Shown piece after piece: positions 29,402-29,526 of a stretch of 29,526 nucleotides of DNA (position 1 is the first letter of the stretch; each line of letters starts with the position of its first letter). The position numbers were made by a program, and so were the translations under genes. This DNA comes from Verrucomicrobiota bacterium. Lineage in GTDB: Bacteria; Verrucomicrobiota; Verrucomicrobiia; Verrucomicrobiales; DEV007. The stretch covers positions 1 to 29,526 of the forward strand of contig JASFYY010000056.1 in assembly GCA_045046875.1 (NCBI GenBank), read 5' to 3'. Below the pieces are notes generated by a model. That model worked only from the letters and a program-made list of their open reading frames with translations. It searched no databases and was not told the origin of the DNA.

Positions 29402-29526
29402 GAATAAAGAATTTTAACCGCGGATTTCGCGGATTAGCGCGGATTAGCGCGGATTAGCGCGGATTAGCGCGGATTAGCGCGGATTAGCGCGGATTAGCGC
29501 GGATTAGCGCGGATTAGCGCGGATTA
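29402..29526 (+). repeat. 10-bp tandem array (GGATTAGCGC)n with conserved head; copy 3 of the intergenic element; runs off the window end
   Basis: GAATAAAGAATTTTAACC-GCGGATTTCGC, then 9 perfect GGATTAGCGC units (29431-29520) plus GGATTA. Confidence 0.97.

Noticed and set aside
16515..29419. Classical composite transposon or IS
   Set aside because: No transposase or integrase and no identifiable target-site duplication; kept only as an inverted-repeat finding.
29431..29526. CRISPR array or telomere-like repeat
   Set aside because: Units are 10 bp with no spacers and there are no cas genes; the context is bacterial and an assembly break explains the terminal position.

Overview
A 29.5 kb bacterial chromosomal segment. 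Gene content and protein styles suggest the PVC superphylum, probably Verrucomicrobia (inference). The left half holds three things. First, a minus-strand cluster of a Tat-exported sulfite-oxidase-family molybdoenzyme, a RidA protein and a secreted CBM-like/GH123-like protein that runs off the window and is absent from the ORF track. Second, a divergent Ca2+-type P-type ATPase. Third, a minus-strand run of secreted proteins: two beta-helix paralogs, a type-1-copper cupredoxin, a 315-aa hypothetical and a ~1,410-aa all-alpha protein. The right half is a tightly packed plus-strand operon: membrane-anchored coiled-coil protein, 3,030-aa TPR protein, MoxR AAA+ ATPase and DUF58/VWA protein. It is followed by a 10-bp tandem array that runs to the window end. 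Most notable: (1) the 12.9 kb operon is bracketed by a perfect 18-bp inverted repeat, which is the head of a family of ~10-bp-periodic intergenic elements with three copies in the window; (2) the ~1,410-aa protein looks like a stand-alone paralog of the C-terminal ~1,250 aa of the giant TPR protein, defining an apparently unnamed large alpha-helical module. No rRNA, tRNA, CRISPR, transposase or integrase was recognised.
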